Below, piece by piece: positions 39,911 through 47,989 of a DNA stretch of 47,989 nt. The position numbers were made by a program, and so were the translations under genes. Numbering within the stretch: the stretch's first letter is position 1; every line of letters starts with the position of its first letter. The DNA is taken from the sequence record SRR22947725_1507; one strand, given 5' to 3'. The notes beneath the pieces are model-generated. The model was not told where the DNA came from. It searched no databases and saw only the letters and a program-made list of their open reading frames with translations.

Positions 39911-40558
39911 CTAATACCCGTGTTTTTTCAAAAGACTTTTTCTGCCAATAGTTCTGGTTATTATGTCTTTTTCAATATTCCACGCTCGTGCAGTGCTATA
40001 TTCTCTTCCATACCAGATGATTTGTAAATGTAGATCGTTCCACTTTTCTTTTGGAAAAAGGCGCTTTGCATCCCGCTCCGTTTGGATTACATTTTTACCA
40101 TTGGTAAATCCCCATCGATACATTAATCGATGAATATGAGTATCTACGGGAAATGCAGGCACACCAAAAGCCTGCGCCATAACAACACTTGCCGTTTTAT
40201 GACCCACTGCGGGTAGCGCTTCTAAGGCTTCAAAGCTTTTTGGCACGTTTCCACCATGTTTTTCTAAAAGTATTTCAGAAAGCCCATGAATCCCTTTTGC
40301 CTTCATAGGCGATAAGCCTACGGGTTTAATAATTTCCCTAATTTGAGAAATACTCAATTTCACCATATCAGTAGGGTTATCGGCTTCTTTAAAAAGTAAA
40401 GGAGTTATTTTGTTAACACGTACGTCTGTGCTTTGCGCAGATAGTAATACGGCAATGAGCAGCGTATAAGGATCTTTATTATCAAGCGGAATAGGAATAG
40501 TAGGATAAAGTGCTTCTAACGTATTGATTGTAAAGGAAACCTTTTCGGCTTTGTTCAT
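39911..40558 (-). CDS. nth: Endonuclease III (HhH-GPD)
   Basis: LLSAQSTDVRVN, LPAVGHKTA and PVDTH. True start is ATG 40558; the ORF-track extension overlaps bcp. Confidence 0.92.
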   Translation of the reverse strand: MNKAEKVSFTINTLEALYPTIPIPLDNKDPYTLLIAVLLSAQSTDVRVNKITPLLFKEADNPTDMVKLSISQIREIIKPVGLSPMKAKGIHGLSEILLEKHGGNVPKSFEALEALPAVGHKTASVVMAQAFGVPAFPVDTHIHRLMYRWGFTNGKNVIQTERDAKRLFPKEKWNDLHLQIIWYGREYSTARAWNIEKDIITRTIGRKSLLKKHGY

Positions 40559-40590
40559 TTTTGTATTTTTATGATCTAAAAATAAAGAAA

Positions 40591-41040
40591 ATGCTACAAG
40601 AAGGAAGTCAACTCCCAGTTTTTTCGGGAGCAAACCACTTAGGTGAAGCTGTAAGTCACAAAGACTACGAAGGAAAAAAATTAATTGTGTTTTTTTATCC
40701 ACGAGCAAATACACCGGGTTGTACAGCAGAAGCATGTAATTTAACCGATAATTATGCAACGCTTCAAGCGGAAGGCTACGAATTATTGGGCGTAAGTGCT
40801 GATTCAGTAAGTAAACAAGCAAATTTTGCCACAAAATATAGCTTTCCCTTTCCGCTTCTAGCAGATGAAGGTCACAGCGCAATTAAAGCTTTTGGTGTAT
40901 GGGGTCCTAAAAAGTTTCAGGGAAAGGAATATGAAGGAATTATTCGGACTACATTCGTTATTGATGAATCAGGTACAATAGTGCGTGTTATCAATAAAGT
41001 TAAAACAAAAGATCACGCTGCCCAGATTTTAGAGGGCTAG
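40591..41040 (+). CDS. bcp: Thioredoxin-dependent peroxiredoxin Bcp
   Basis: FFYPRANTPGCTAEAC and RTTFVID; ATG at 40591. Confidence 0.93.
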   Translation: MLQEGSQLPVFSGANHLGEAVSHKDYEGKKLIVFFYPRANTPGCTAEACNLTDNYATLQAEGYELLGVSADSVSKQANFATKYSFPFPLLADEGHSAIKAFGVWGPKKFQGKEYEGIIRTTFVIDESGTIVRVINKVKTKDHAAQILEG

Positions 41041-41053
41041 AAGTAGCAGCATG

Positions 41054-42484
41054 CTATTTTAGTCCAAAGAGTTTTTTACTTTTTATAAGTTTTGAAACTC
41101 CTTCGGGAAGCTTATCTTCCCAACCGCTTTCTCCGGACTTTATTTGATCTAAAATGGTTCTGGAATAAATCTTCATGTCATCAATATTATAGTCGATAAT
41201 GTCGACAACCTTATCGTTGTATTTGAAGAAATTATAAAGTTCCTTTAATCGAGGGTTCACACGCAGGTTATTACTGCTGATGATTTGACCAGAATCGGGG
41301 TCAAATATAGGGTAGAGGTAAACTTTTAAATTTTTAAAAAACAACTTTCCAAAAGCCTCTAGGATACCGCCACTTAGATGGCGGTAATATTTTTCATTAA
41401 AAATTTCTATTAGGTTATTTACACCCATGGTCAAACGGATCTTTTTCTTGGTATACTCAGAAAAATACTCTGCTAGACGGTAATATTCTTTAAAGTTAGA
41501 AATCATCACAGTTTGCCCCAACGAACAAAGTAATTTTGCCCTATCCATAAAGTCTTGCTCGTCTATTTCACCTGTGGACATTAGATTTGATAGGGTTATT
41601 TCAAAAATAACCAAGGTTTTTTCAGGATCGGAATCTGGCTCTTTTTCAAATATTGCCAATGACTTACGGTACATGTCAACATTTACTTTAGTGACTGGTC
41701 TAAAACTACCACGAAGTGCAATAATATTTTTCTTATATAATTCTCTTGCAGGCAATAAATTATTACCATCAGGTCCAAACATGACCGCATCAGTCATGCC
41801 TAACCGAACGAGCTCTAAACTAAGCACACGATTATCAATATCTTCAAATAGGGGCCCCGTAAAATTAATGGTGTCAATCTCCATTGAATCACGATCGATA
41901 TGATCAAAAAGGTATTGAAGTAATTTCTTTGGACGGTCGTTTTGGTAAAAAGCTCCGTAAATTAAATTTACGCCCATTACTCCTAGCGAAAGTTGCTGAG
42001 ATTTAGCGTCATTTTCACGAAAACGTACATGGGTTGTAATAGTCGAATAGGGTTCGTCTGGTTTTGTTTGAAATTGAATTCCCATCCATCCATGACCTTT
42101 AAATTTTTTAGCAAAGTCAATGGTTGTGACTGTATTGGCATACGTAAAAAATAGTTTGTCCTTGTTTTTCGTCCGATCTATTCGTTCTTCAAGCAAGCCC
42201 ATCTCCCAATCCAGCATCTTATTAAGCCTAGATTCTGACACATAACGACTATCATCCTCACGTCCGTATATGGCGTCGCTAAAATCTTTATCATAAGCAC
42301 TCATGGTCTTGGCAATGGTTCCGGATGCGCCACCACATCTAAAAAAATGACGTGCTACTTCTTGACCTGCGCCAATTTCAGCAAAAGTGCCGTAGATGTT
42401 ATCATTTAAATTAATGCGAAGCGCTTTTGCTTCTAGTGAAGGAGTATTCTCAAAAGGATGATCACCTGAAAGTGCTATGGCCAT
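41054..42484 (-). CDS. Conserved protein with nucleotidyltransferase-like C-terminal domain
   Basis: IYGTFAEIGAGQE N-terminal motif; LRGSFRPVT resembles the GSFxPxT/HxGH loop. Start ATG 42484, -7 element at 42500-42507. Confidence 0.6.
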   Translation of the reverse strand: MAIALSGDHPFENTPSLEAKALRINLNDNIYGTFAEIGAGQEVARHFFRCGGASGTIAKTMSAYDKDFSDAIYGREDDSRYVSESRLNKMLDWEMGLLEERIDRTKNKDKLFFTYANTVTTIDFAKKFKGHGWMGIQFQTKPDEPYSTITTHVRFRENDAKSQQLSLGVMGVNLIYGAFYQNDRPKKLLQYLFDHIDRDSMEIDTINFTGPLFEDIDNRVLSLELVRLGMTDAVMFGPDGNNLLPARELYKKNIIALRGSFRPVTKVNVDMYRKSLAIFEKEPDSDPEKTLVIFEITLSNLMSTGEIDEQDFMDRAKLLCSLGQTVMISNFKEYYRLAEYFSEYTKKKIRLTMGVNNLIEIFNEKYYRHLSGGILEAFGKLFFKNLKVYLYPIFDPDSGQIISSNNLRVNPRLKELYNFFKYNDKVVDIIDYNIDDMKIYSRTILDQIKSGESGWEDKLPEGVSKLIKSKKLFGLK

Positions 42485-42552
42485 AGGGCTAAGTTTTCTC
42501 AAAATTATAAAACTTATCGCTATAGATGCATACAATACTGTAATTTTACACG

Positions 42553-43323
42553 GTGGGACTGAAAATAAATTTTCTTGGCACGGGTACTTCACAAGGAATT
42601 CCAATTATTGGTAGTACTGATCCTGTTTGCTTAAGCGAAAATAGTCGTGATAAACGACTCCGATCATCCGTTTGGATTGAATGGGATGATGTTTCAGTTG
42701 TTATAGATTGTGGTCCTGATTTTCGCTATCAAATGTTACGGAGCGCGTGTCCTCGAATTGACGCATTATTGATTACACACGAACATGCCGATCATACTGC
42801 AGGATTGGATGACATACGTCCCTATGTTTTTAAACAAGGGGCTATGCCAATTTATAGCCTTAAACGCGTCTTGGATAATTTGGCTTCTCGGTACGCTTAT
42901 ATTTTCTCGGACAAAAATAAATATCCAGGAGCTCCATCAGTAACCACACATGCTGTAGACCCCAAAAAGCCTTTTACTATTGGTTCAAAAACCATCATTC
43001 CCTTAATTGTGGAGCATTATGGATTAGCTGTTTTGGGTTATCGATTTGGTCCTTTTGCATACATTACTGATATGGCGCGTATTTCTGAAGAAGAAAAACA
43101 AAAGTTAGTTGGTGTGGAAGTTTTGGTAATTAATGCCCTTCGAATAGCTCCGCATCCTTCTCATTTACACCTAGAAGCAGCGATAGCTTTTGCGCAAGAA
43201 ATAGGAGCAAAGCAGACTTATTTTACCCACATTAGTCATAAACTTGGCTTTCATGACGTGGTTAGTGCATCCTTACCTAAAAATATTCATCTAGCGTATG
43301 ATACGCTAACAATAACGTTATAA
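42553..43323 (+). CDS. MBL-fold metallohydrolase (PhnP/YycJ-like)
   Basis: FLGTGTSQG, THEHADH, YITD and THISH motifs. Confidence 0.9.
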   Translation: MGLKINFLGTGTSQGIPIIGSTDPVCLSENSRDKRLRSSVWIEWDDVSVVIDCGPDFRYQMLRSACPRIDALLITHEHADHTAGLDDIRPYVFKQGAMPIYSLKRVLDNLASRYAYIFSDKNKYPGAPSVTTHAVDPKKPFTIGSKTIIPLIVEHYGLAVLGYRFGPFAYITDMARISEEEKQKLVGVEVLVINALRIAPHPSHLHLEAAIAFAQEIGAKQTYFTHISHKLGFHDVVSASLPKNIHLAYDTLTITL

Positions 43324-43332
43324 CTCAATCAA

Positions 43333-43527
43333 GTGAAACAAAAAATTACATTCTACTGCTTATTGTTTTCAATTCTTATTAATCTTTATTTGATTTCAGA
43401 TTACGGAAAACGTTTACAATACACCCAAAATAAGACAGCGCTACTTATTACAAAAGTTGACCGTTTAAAAGATTCTATTCAAGTACTTAATAAGCGTCTT
43501 ACTGCTGTTCCACAAGCCACTGAATAA
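43333..43527 (+). CDS. Small TM plus coiled-coil hypothetical protein
   Basis: 64 aa with N-terminal hydrophobic helix and LKDSIQVL heptads; 9 nt after the MBL gene. Confidence 0.6.
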   Translation: MKQKITFYCLLFSILINLYLISDYGKRLQYTQNKTALLITKVDRLKDSIQVLNKRLTAVPQATE

Positions 43528-44122
43528 GCGACATTAGGTTTTCTTGGTTTATTCCATGTCCCTGCGGATAGGAATGAAAAGCAGGAGTACATCCTTTTTC
43601 TTTTAAAAGAGCCACTGATTGCTGCGCCCATGAGTAGGGAACTACTTCGTCGTGTATGCCATGCGAAACATAAACCGATTTCAGATTGATATTAGTAATG
43701 TTTTGAAAGCGCGGATCAAGGTATCCACTTAGGGCTGCAATTCCTTTTACGACAACAGATTGAAGACCCACGGCATAACTAAGCATCGCTCCTTGACTAA
43801 AGCCTAATAACACGACATCACTGTTATCAGAACTATTTTTGTTTGCATAAAAAGACAAAAAGTCATTAACGTAGGAAATAGCAGTTATAACTTCCTTAAC
43901 ATCTGTCCATCGCTCCATATTTTCTTCAAAATGAATGGGAAACCAAGCATAACCTTGGCCTAAGGACAAAGGAGCTTGTAATGAAACTACATGGTAGTGG
44001 TTAGGAATATGTGATGAAAATGAAAACAAATCAGCATCGTTACTGTTATAACCATGAAGTAAGAGTAGTAGTGTTGCGTCTGGCGAATTACTTCTGCGCT
44101 CTAAATAAATATAATCGGACAT
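43499..44122 (-). CDS. Alpha/beta hydrolase (phospholipase/carboxylesterase)
   Basis: LLHGY, GFSQG nucleophile elbow, HGIHDEVV and GHGI. Confidence 0.9.
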   Translation of the reverse strand: MSDYIYLERRSNSPDATLLLLLHGYNSNDADLFSFSSHIPNHYHVVSLQAPLSLGQGYAWFPIHFEENMERWTDVKEVITAISYVNDFLSFYANKNSSDNSDVVLLGFSQGAMLSYAVGLQSVVVKGIAALSGYLDPRFQNITNINLKSVYVSHGIHDEVVPYSWAQQSVALLKEKGCTPAFHSYPQGHGINQENLMSLIQWLVEQQ

Positions 44123-45378
44123 TATACTTCTTGAAGTAATGCCTTACCCTGTGCCAATACACCATAAACGTTTCCAGGTAGAACTTCCCCAATGTAAAGA
44201 CTATTTTTTGAGGTTGATAGCAGTGAGTCTTTTGTTACCGTTGTAGTTCCCTTAGGAGTGAAAAGAGTTATATCTGCCTGTGCACCAGCTTCTATGGTTT
44301 TTGAAGGAATTCCAAAACGGGTTTTACCACGTGTTAAAAAGGAAACAACATCTTCAATTGGGAAAATCTTGAGCAGTACCCCAAAAGCATGTTCTATTCC
44401 CAATGATCCAAATTCAGCGCGGTCTAACTCTACATCTTTTAACTCACTGTTTAGTGGTTGATGGTCTGAGGTAACCATATCGATAGTACCATCAATTAGT
44501 CCAGCACGAAGTGCTTCAACATCTGTATCTTCTCTTAGTGGTGGAAGTAGTTTAGCATTTGGATTAAAACCTTTTAAGGTTTCATCTGTAAAGAATAAGT
44601 TGTGAATGGAAACACTCGTGCTAACATCCATAGCGGCGTTTTTAGCCTCTTTAAGGAGCTCCACTGCTTGTGCTGTTGAAATTGTAGGAACATGTAGTTT
44701 TCCTGATGTATACCCCAATAATCCCAAGTCACGTTTAAGCTGTATTTCTTCAACAATACTTGGAATCCCACTCAATCCCATGACAGTGCTCACCGCACCT
44801 TCATGCATTTGGCCACCATCACCTAAATCACTATTAAAAGGAAACGATTCTACCAATCCATCAAAGTCTGAACAATACTGTAGTGCAAGCTTTAAGGTGT
44901 TTGCGTTGCAAATTGAAGCTTTGTGATTGCTAAATGCAACGGCTCCGGAGGCGGCTAATTCTCGAAGTGGTGCTAAAGTTTTTTCGTTACTGGAAGTCGT
45001 GATACATGCTTTTGGGTGAAGCGTTACAGCAAAGCCAATTGCTTGCTCTAATAAAAAGGCTATATCAGCCCTGCTGTCTGGTTTTGGAAAGGTATTGGTG
45101 TTATACGCAACATGCGTAAAACCACTGAGTCCTGCCACCTTTAAACCATGTTCTACAGTTTCGCGCTCTTCGTATCCTGGTTCACCAAATGACACACTGC
45201 TATCAAACCATCCTTGAGAGACATACAGTTCATCATAGTTTAGTACAGTAGCATTGGGATACGATAGGTCTTGGCCTATTTCTTCAATAATGCCATCTTT
45301 AACATAGATGTCTTGTTGCGTGTTGTGGAATGGACTAGAAGGGTCTAGTATGTGAGCCGCTTTGATTAAAAAATTCAT
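44122..45378 (-). CDS. Dihydroorotase-like protein lacking canonical metal ligands
   Basis: GEPGYEERET, SGFT, PPLR and SDHQP are present, but HxH is replaced by SVS. -7 element at 45405-45412. Confidence 0.8.
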   Translation of the reverse strand: MNFLIKAAHILDPSSPFHNTQQDIYVKDGIIEEIGQDLSYPNATVLNYDELYVSQGWFDSSVSFGEPGYEERETVEHGLKVAGLSGFTHVAYNTNTFPKPDSRADIAFLLEQAIGFAVTLHPKACITTSSNEKTLAPLRELAASGAVAFSNHKASICNANTLKLALQYCSDFDGLVESFPFNSDLGDGGQMHEGAVSTVMGLSGIPSIVEEIQLKRDLGLLGYTSGKLHVPTISTAQAVELLKEAKNAAMDVSTSVSIHNLFFTDETLKGFNPNAKLLPPLREDTDVEALRAGLIDGTIDMVTSDHQPLNSELKDVELDRAEFGSLGIEHAFGVLLKIFPIEDVVSFLTRGKTRFGIPSKTIEAGAQADITLFTPKGTTTVTKDSLLSTSKNSLYIGEVLPGNVYGVLAQGKALLQEV

Positions 45379-45431
45379 AGGTAGCACGCGCTATAGTGTC
45401 GCTACAAAGATAGAAAAACCCACAACACCAA

Positions 45432-46202
45432 CTAAAAGCTTTCAAATACGCCTAGCCCAAAGAGAGCAAAATCATATTTAACGGGGTCATCGGGGTCTAA
45501 AATTCGTAGTTGTTTATCTAATTCTTGAACGGCTAACAGGTCATTTTGTTTGCGTTTTAAAAGACCTAAGGAACGTGCAACATTACCAGAATGCACATCA
45601 AGAGGGCAGGAAAGTAGGTTCATAGGGATAGATTTCCAAATGCCTAAATCAACTCCAGCAGCATCTGACCGCACCATCCAGCGTAAAAACATATGCATCC
45701 TTTTAGCTGCTGATTTTTTAGCAGGATTAGCGACATGCTTTGTTGTTCGTTTGGGATGAGCTGTTTCAAAAAAAGTGTTGTGAAACCTCGAAAGGCTGTC
45801 ATGCATCGCATTAGCAGATGGAACAGGGGCAAATAAGACTTCCAAGCTACCATGCTTCTGGTATAACTGCTGCAATCGCTGCGCAAAATACTTGGTGTCA
45901 ATTGCATTAAAAGTCCGATGAACAAAATCATCAAAAACAGATAGATCTTGTGGATTATGATTTAAAATAAAATCGTGTGGTGCATTATCCATGCATTCCA
46001 TCAACTTTTTTGCATTGGTCAATATGCTTTTACGGTTTCCCCATGCAATTGTTGCAGCAAAAAAACCTGCAATTTCAATATCCTCTTTTTTAGAAAAACT
46101 ATGCGGTACAGCTATGGGATCATTCGGAATAAAAGAGCGGGTGTTATACTGTAGCACCTTTTCGTTTAAAAATGATTGCAGTTCTGCTCGGCTCAATTCC
46201 AT
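45432..46202 (-). CDS. TIGR02757/DUF2400 family protein
   Basis: DPI, AWGNR, KRMHMFLRWMVR, PLDVH and DPVKYDFALFG motifs. Confidence 0.9.
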   Translation of the reverse strand: MELSRAELQSFLNEKVLQYNTRSFIPNDPIAVPHSFSKKEDIEIAGFFAATIAWGNRKSILTNAKKLMECMDNAPHDFILNHNPQDLSVFDDFVHRTFNAIDTKYFAQRLQQLYQKHGSLEVLFAPVPSANAMHDSLSRFHNTFFETAHPKRTTKHVANPAKKSAAKRMHMFLRWMVRSDAAGVDLGIWKSIPMNLLSCPLDVHSGNVARSLGLLKRKQNDLLAVQELDKQLRILDPDDPVKYDFALFGLGVFESF

Positions 46203-46852
46203 TTACCGTCTACAAGGGTTAACATACGATCTGCCCTGGAAGCAATGGTTATGTTGTGAGTAACCAATATAATACTTAGTGAAAAACGATCTCTAAGCTG
46301 AAAAAATAAATCGTGTAATTGCTTTGCTGATGCCGAGTCTAAATTTCCGCTGGGTTCATCGGCAAGAAGTAACTTTGGGTTATTGATTAGCGCACGTGCT
46401 ACAGCAACACGCTGTTGCTCACCACCAGACAGCATGGTAGGTTTGTGTTGCGCTCTATTTTCAAGCCCAAAATAGGTTAATAGCTCAAAGGCTTTTTCTT
46501 CAGCCTCTTTTCTAGAAGTTCCTTTTATATAGGCAGGTAAACAAATATTTTCAAGAGCGGTAAACTCAGGAAGTAGTTGGTGGTTTTGAAAAACAAAGCC
46601 CAAGGTATTGTTTCTAAAAGACGACAACGCCTTGTCTGAGAGAGAATCTATTCGTATTCCATTAATACTGAGCGTTGATTTAGCATGCTTATCTGGCTTT
46701 TCTAAAGTGCCCAATATATGCAATAACGTTGTTTTTCCTGCTCCAGAAGGACCAACAATAGAAACGATTTCTGCAGGTTTAAGTGAGAAATCAATAGATT
46801 TTAAAACTTCTGTGCTACCATAAGCTTTTGATAATGCTCTTGCCTGTATCAT
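46193..46852 (-). CDS. ABC transporter ATP-binding protein (LolD-like)
   Basis: [32 protein letters not shown] and VTHN. Confidence 0.9.
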   Translation of the reverse strand: MIQARALSKAYGSTEVLKSIDFSLKPAEIVSIVGPSGAGKTTLLHILGTLEKPDKHAKSTLSINGIRIDSLSDKALSSFRNNTLGFVFQNHQLLPEFTALENICLPAYIKGTSRKEAEEKAFELLTYFGLENRAQHKPTMLSGGEQQRVAVARALINNPKLLLADEPSGNLDSASAKQLHDLFFQLRDRFSLSIILVTHNITIASRADRMLTLVDGKWN

Positions 46853-46962
46853 ATTGTTGCAAAGTAACCATTTTCTGTTTTTCTATATCTATAAACAATC
46901 TTCTTTTTGTAGGGGATAGCAAACATTTTTGTATAAATTTGTATAAATTATTATTAAATTAT

Positions 46963-47490
46963 ATGGAGTTAGCCACATTTGCTGGTGGGTGTTTTTGGTG
47001 TACAGAAATACTTTTTTCTCGTCTTGATGGTGTTTCAAAAACGGTTCCTGGATATACCGGTGGTTTTATTAAGAATCCCCCATATAGAGAAGTTTGTACA
47101 GGACGTACTGGTCATGCCGAGTGTGTACAAATTGAATTTGACCCTAGCATCGTAAGCTTTGAAACGCTATTGGCTGTTTTTTTTGACACGCATGATCCCA
47201 CTACCTTAAATCGCCAGGGGAATGATGTTGGAACTCAATACCGTTCAGCTATTTTTTATCACAATGAAGAACAAAAGATTGCAGCATTACAGTTTATTCA
47301 AAAAGTCACAAGCGCATTAGTGTTCAAAAACCCGATTGTTACTGAGTTAAATGCTTTTGATGTTTTTTATCCGGCAGAAGTCGATCATCATAATTATTAT
47401 AATCTAAATAAAAATCAGCCTTATTGTTCAGCAGTGATTACTCCTAAAGTTCAAAAATTGGTTGCCAAATATTCATCTAAACTAAAATAA
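46963..47490 (+). CDS. msrA: Peptide-methionine (S)-S-oxide reductase
   Basis: [25 protein letters not shown] and QPYC. ATG 46963 follows the -7 element TAAATTTG at 46934-46941. Confidence 0.96.
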   Translation: MELATFAGGCFWCTEILFSRLDGVSKTVPGYTGGFIKNPPYREVCTGRTGHAECVQIEFDPSIVSFETLLAVFFDTHDPTTLNRQGNDVGTQYRSAIFYHNEEQKIAALQFIQKVTSALVFKNPIVTELNAFDVFYPAEVDHHNYYNLNKNQPYCSAVITPKVQKLVAKYSSKLK

Positions 47491-47491
47491 T

Positions 47492-47989
47492 ATGTCGTTT
47501 GAGACAAAACATGTGTATGACACTGATGTTACAACATCAATCCAAAAGCATTATTTAGAAGTACTCACTGATCTAGGAGAAAACCCTTACAGAGTGGGTT
47601 TGATTGAAACTCCGAAACGTGCAGCTAAGGCCATGCAGTTTTTAACACAAGGGTATGAAATGGATCCTGCTGCCATTCTAGAAGGAGCAAAGTTCGCTGA
47701 GACCTACAATGAAATGGTAGTTGTTAAAGACATTGAGGTATACTCGCTTTGTGAACATCATATGCTACCCTTTTTTGGTAAAGCGCATATTGCTTATATT
47801 CCAAATGGTCACATTGTTGGATTGAGTAAAATACCACGTGTTGTCGATGTTTTTGCACGCCGTTTACAGGTTCAAGAACGTTTAACTGAACAGGTGATGA
47901 ACTGTATAGACGAAACGCTAAAACCTCGCGGTGTTGCTATTGTAATTGAAGCGGCACATATGTGTATGATGATGCGTGGCGTTCAAAAA
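47492..47989 (+). CDS. folE: GTP cyclohydrolase I (partial, runs off window)
   Basis: Manual translation: [47 protein letters not shown]. Confidence 0.97.
   Translation, partial: MSFETKHVYDTDVTTSIQKHYLEVLTDLGENPYRVGLIETPKRAAKAMQFLTQGYEMDPAAILEGAKFAETYNEMVVVKDIEVYSLCEHHMLPFFGKAHIAYIPNGHIVGLSKIPRVVDVFARRLQVQERLTEQVMNCIDETLKPRGVAIVIEAAHMCMMMRGVQK

Noticed and set aside
40559-40882. N-terminal extension of Nth in the ORF track
   Set aside because: It is the antisense of bcp; Nth similarity begins at ATG 40558.

Overview
Dense, AT-rich, mostly core chromosome of a Bacteroidota bacterium, most likely a streamlined marine Flavobacteriaceae (inferred from protein families, gene order, TAnnTTTG -7 promoter elements and tiny spacers). 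Core content: partial tRNA-Ser, rsmE, tsaD, TamB-like, pfkA-gap-sugar kinase, ridA, lptD-like, amidase-mlaD-FeS oxidoreductase-HAD-CCG-GH3-bshA, acyl-CoA carboxylase beta, mnmE, a YghO-like GNAT, YfhO/GT4/flippase, uvrA, an ECF sigma, nth, bcp, an MBL hydrolase, a degenerate dihydroorotase, msrA and partial folE. One accessory patch (~23.3-27.4 kb) lies downstream of the mnmE 3' end. It holds small ORFs missed by the ORF track, a sulfatase lipoprotein, a ricin-lectin lipoprotein, a collapsed pseudogene (signal peptide joined to a T9SS-like C-terminal tail) and several long hairpins. The best candidate novelty is at 27084-27181: a DtxR/IdeR-like palindrome overlapping a -7 promoter, followed by a ~70-nt hairpin with no real ORF, i.e. 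a possible metal-regulated sRNA. No integrase, transposase, CRISPR array or rRNA was seen. All family calls come from motif recognition, not database searches.
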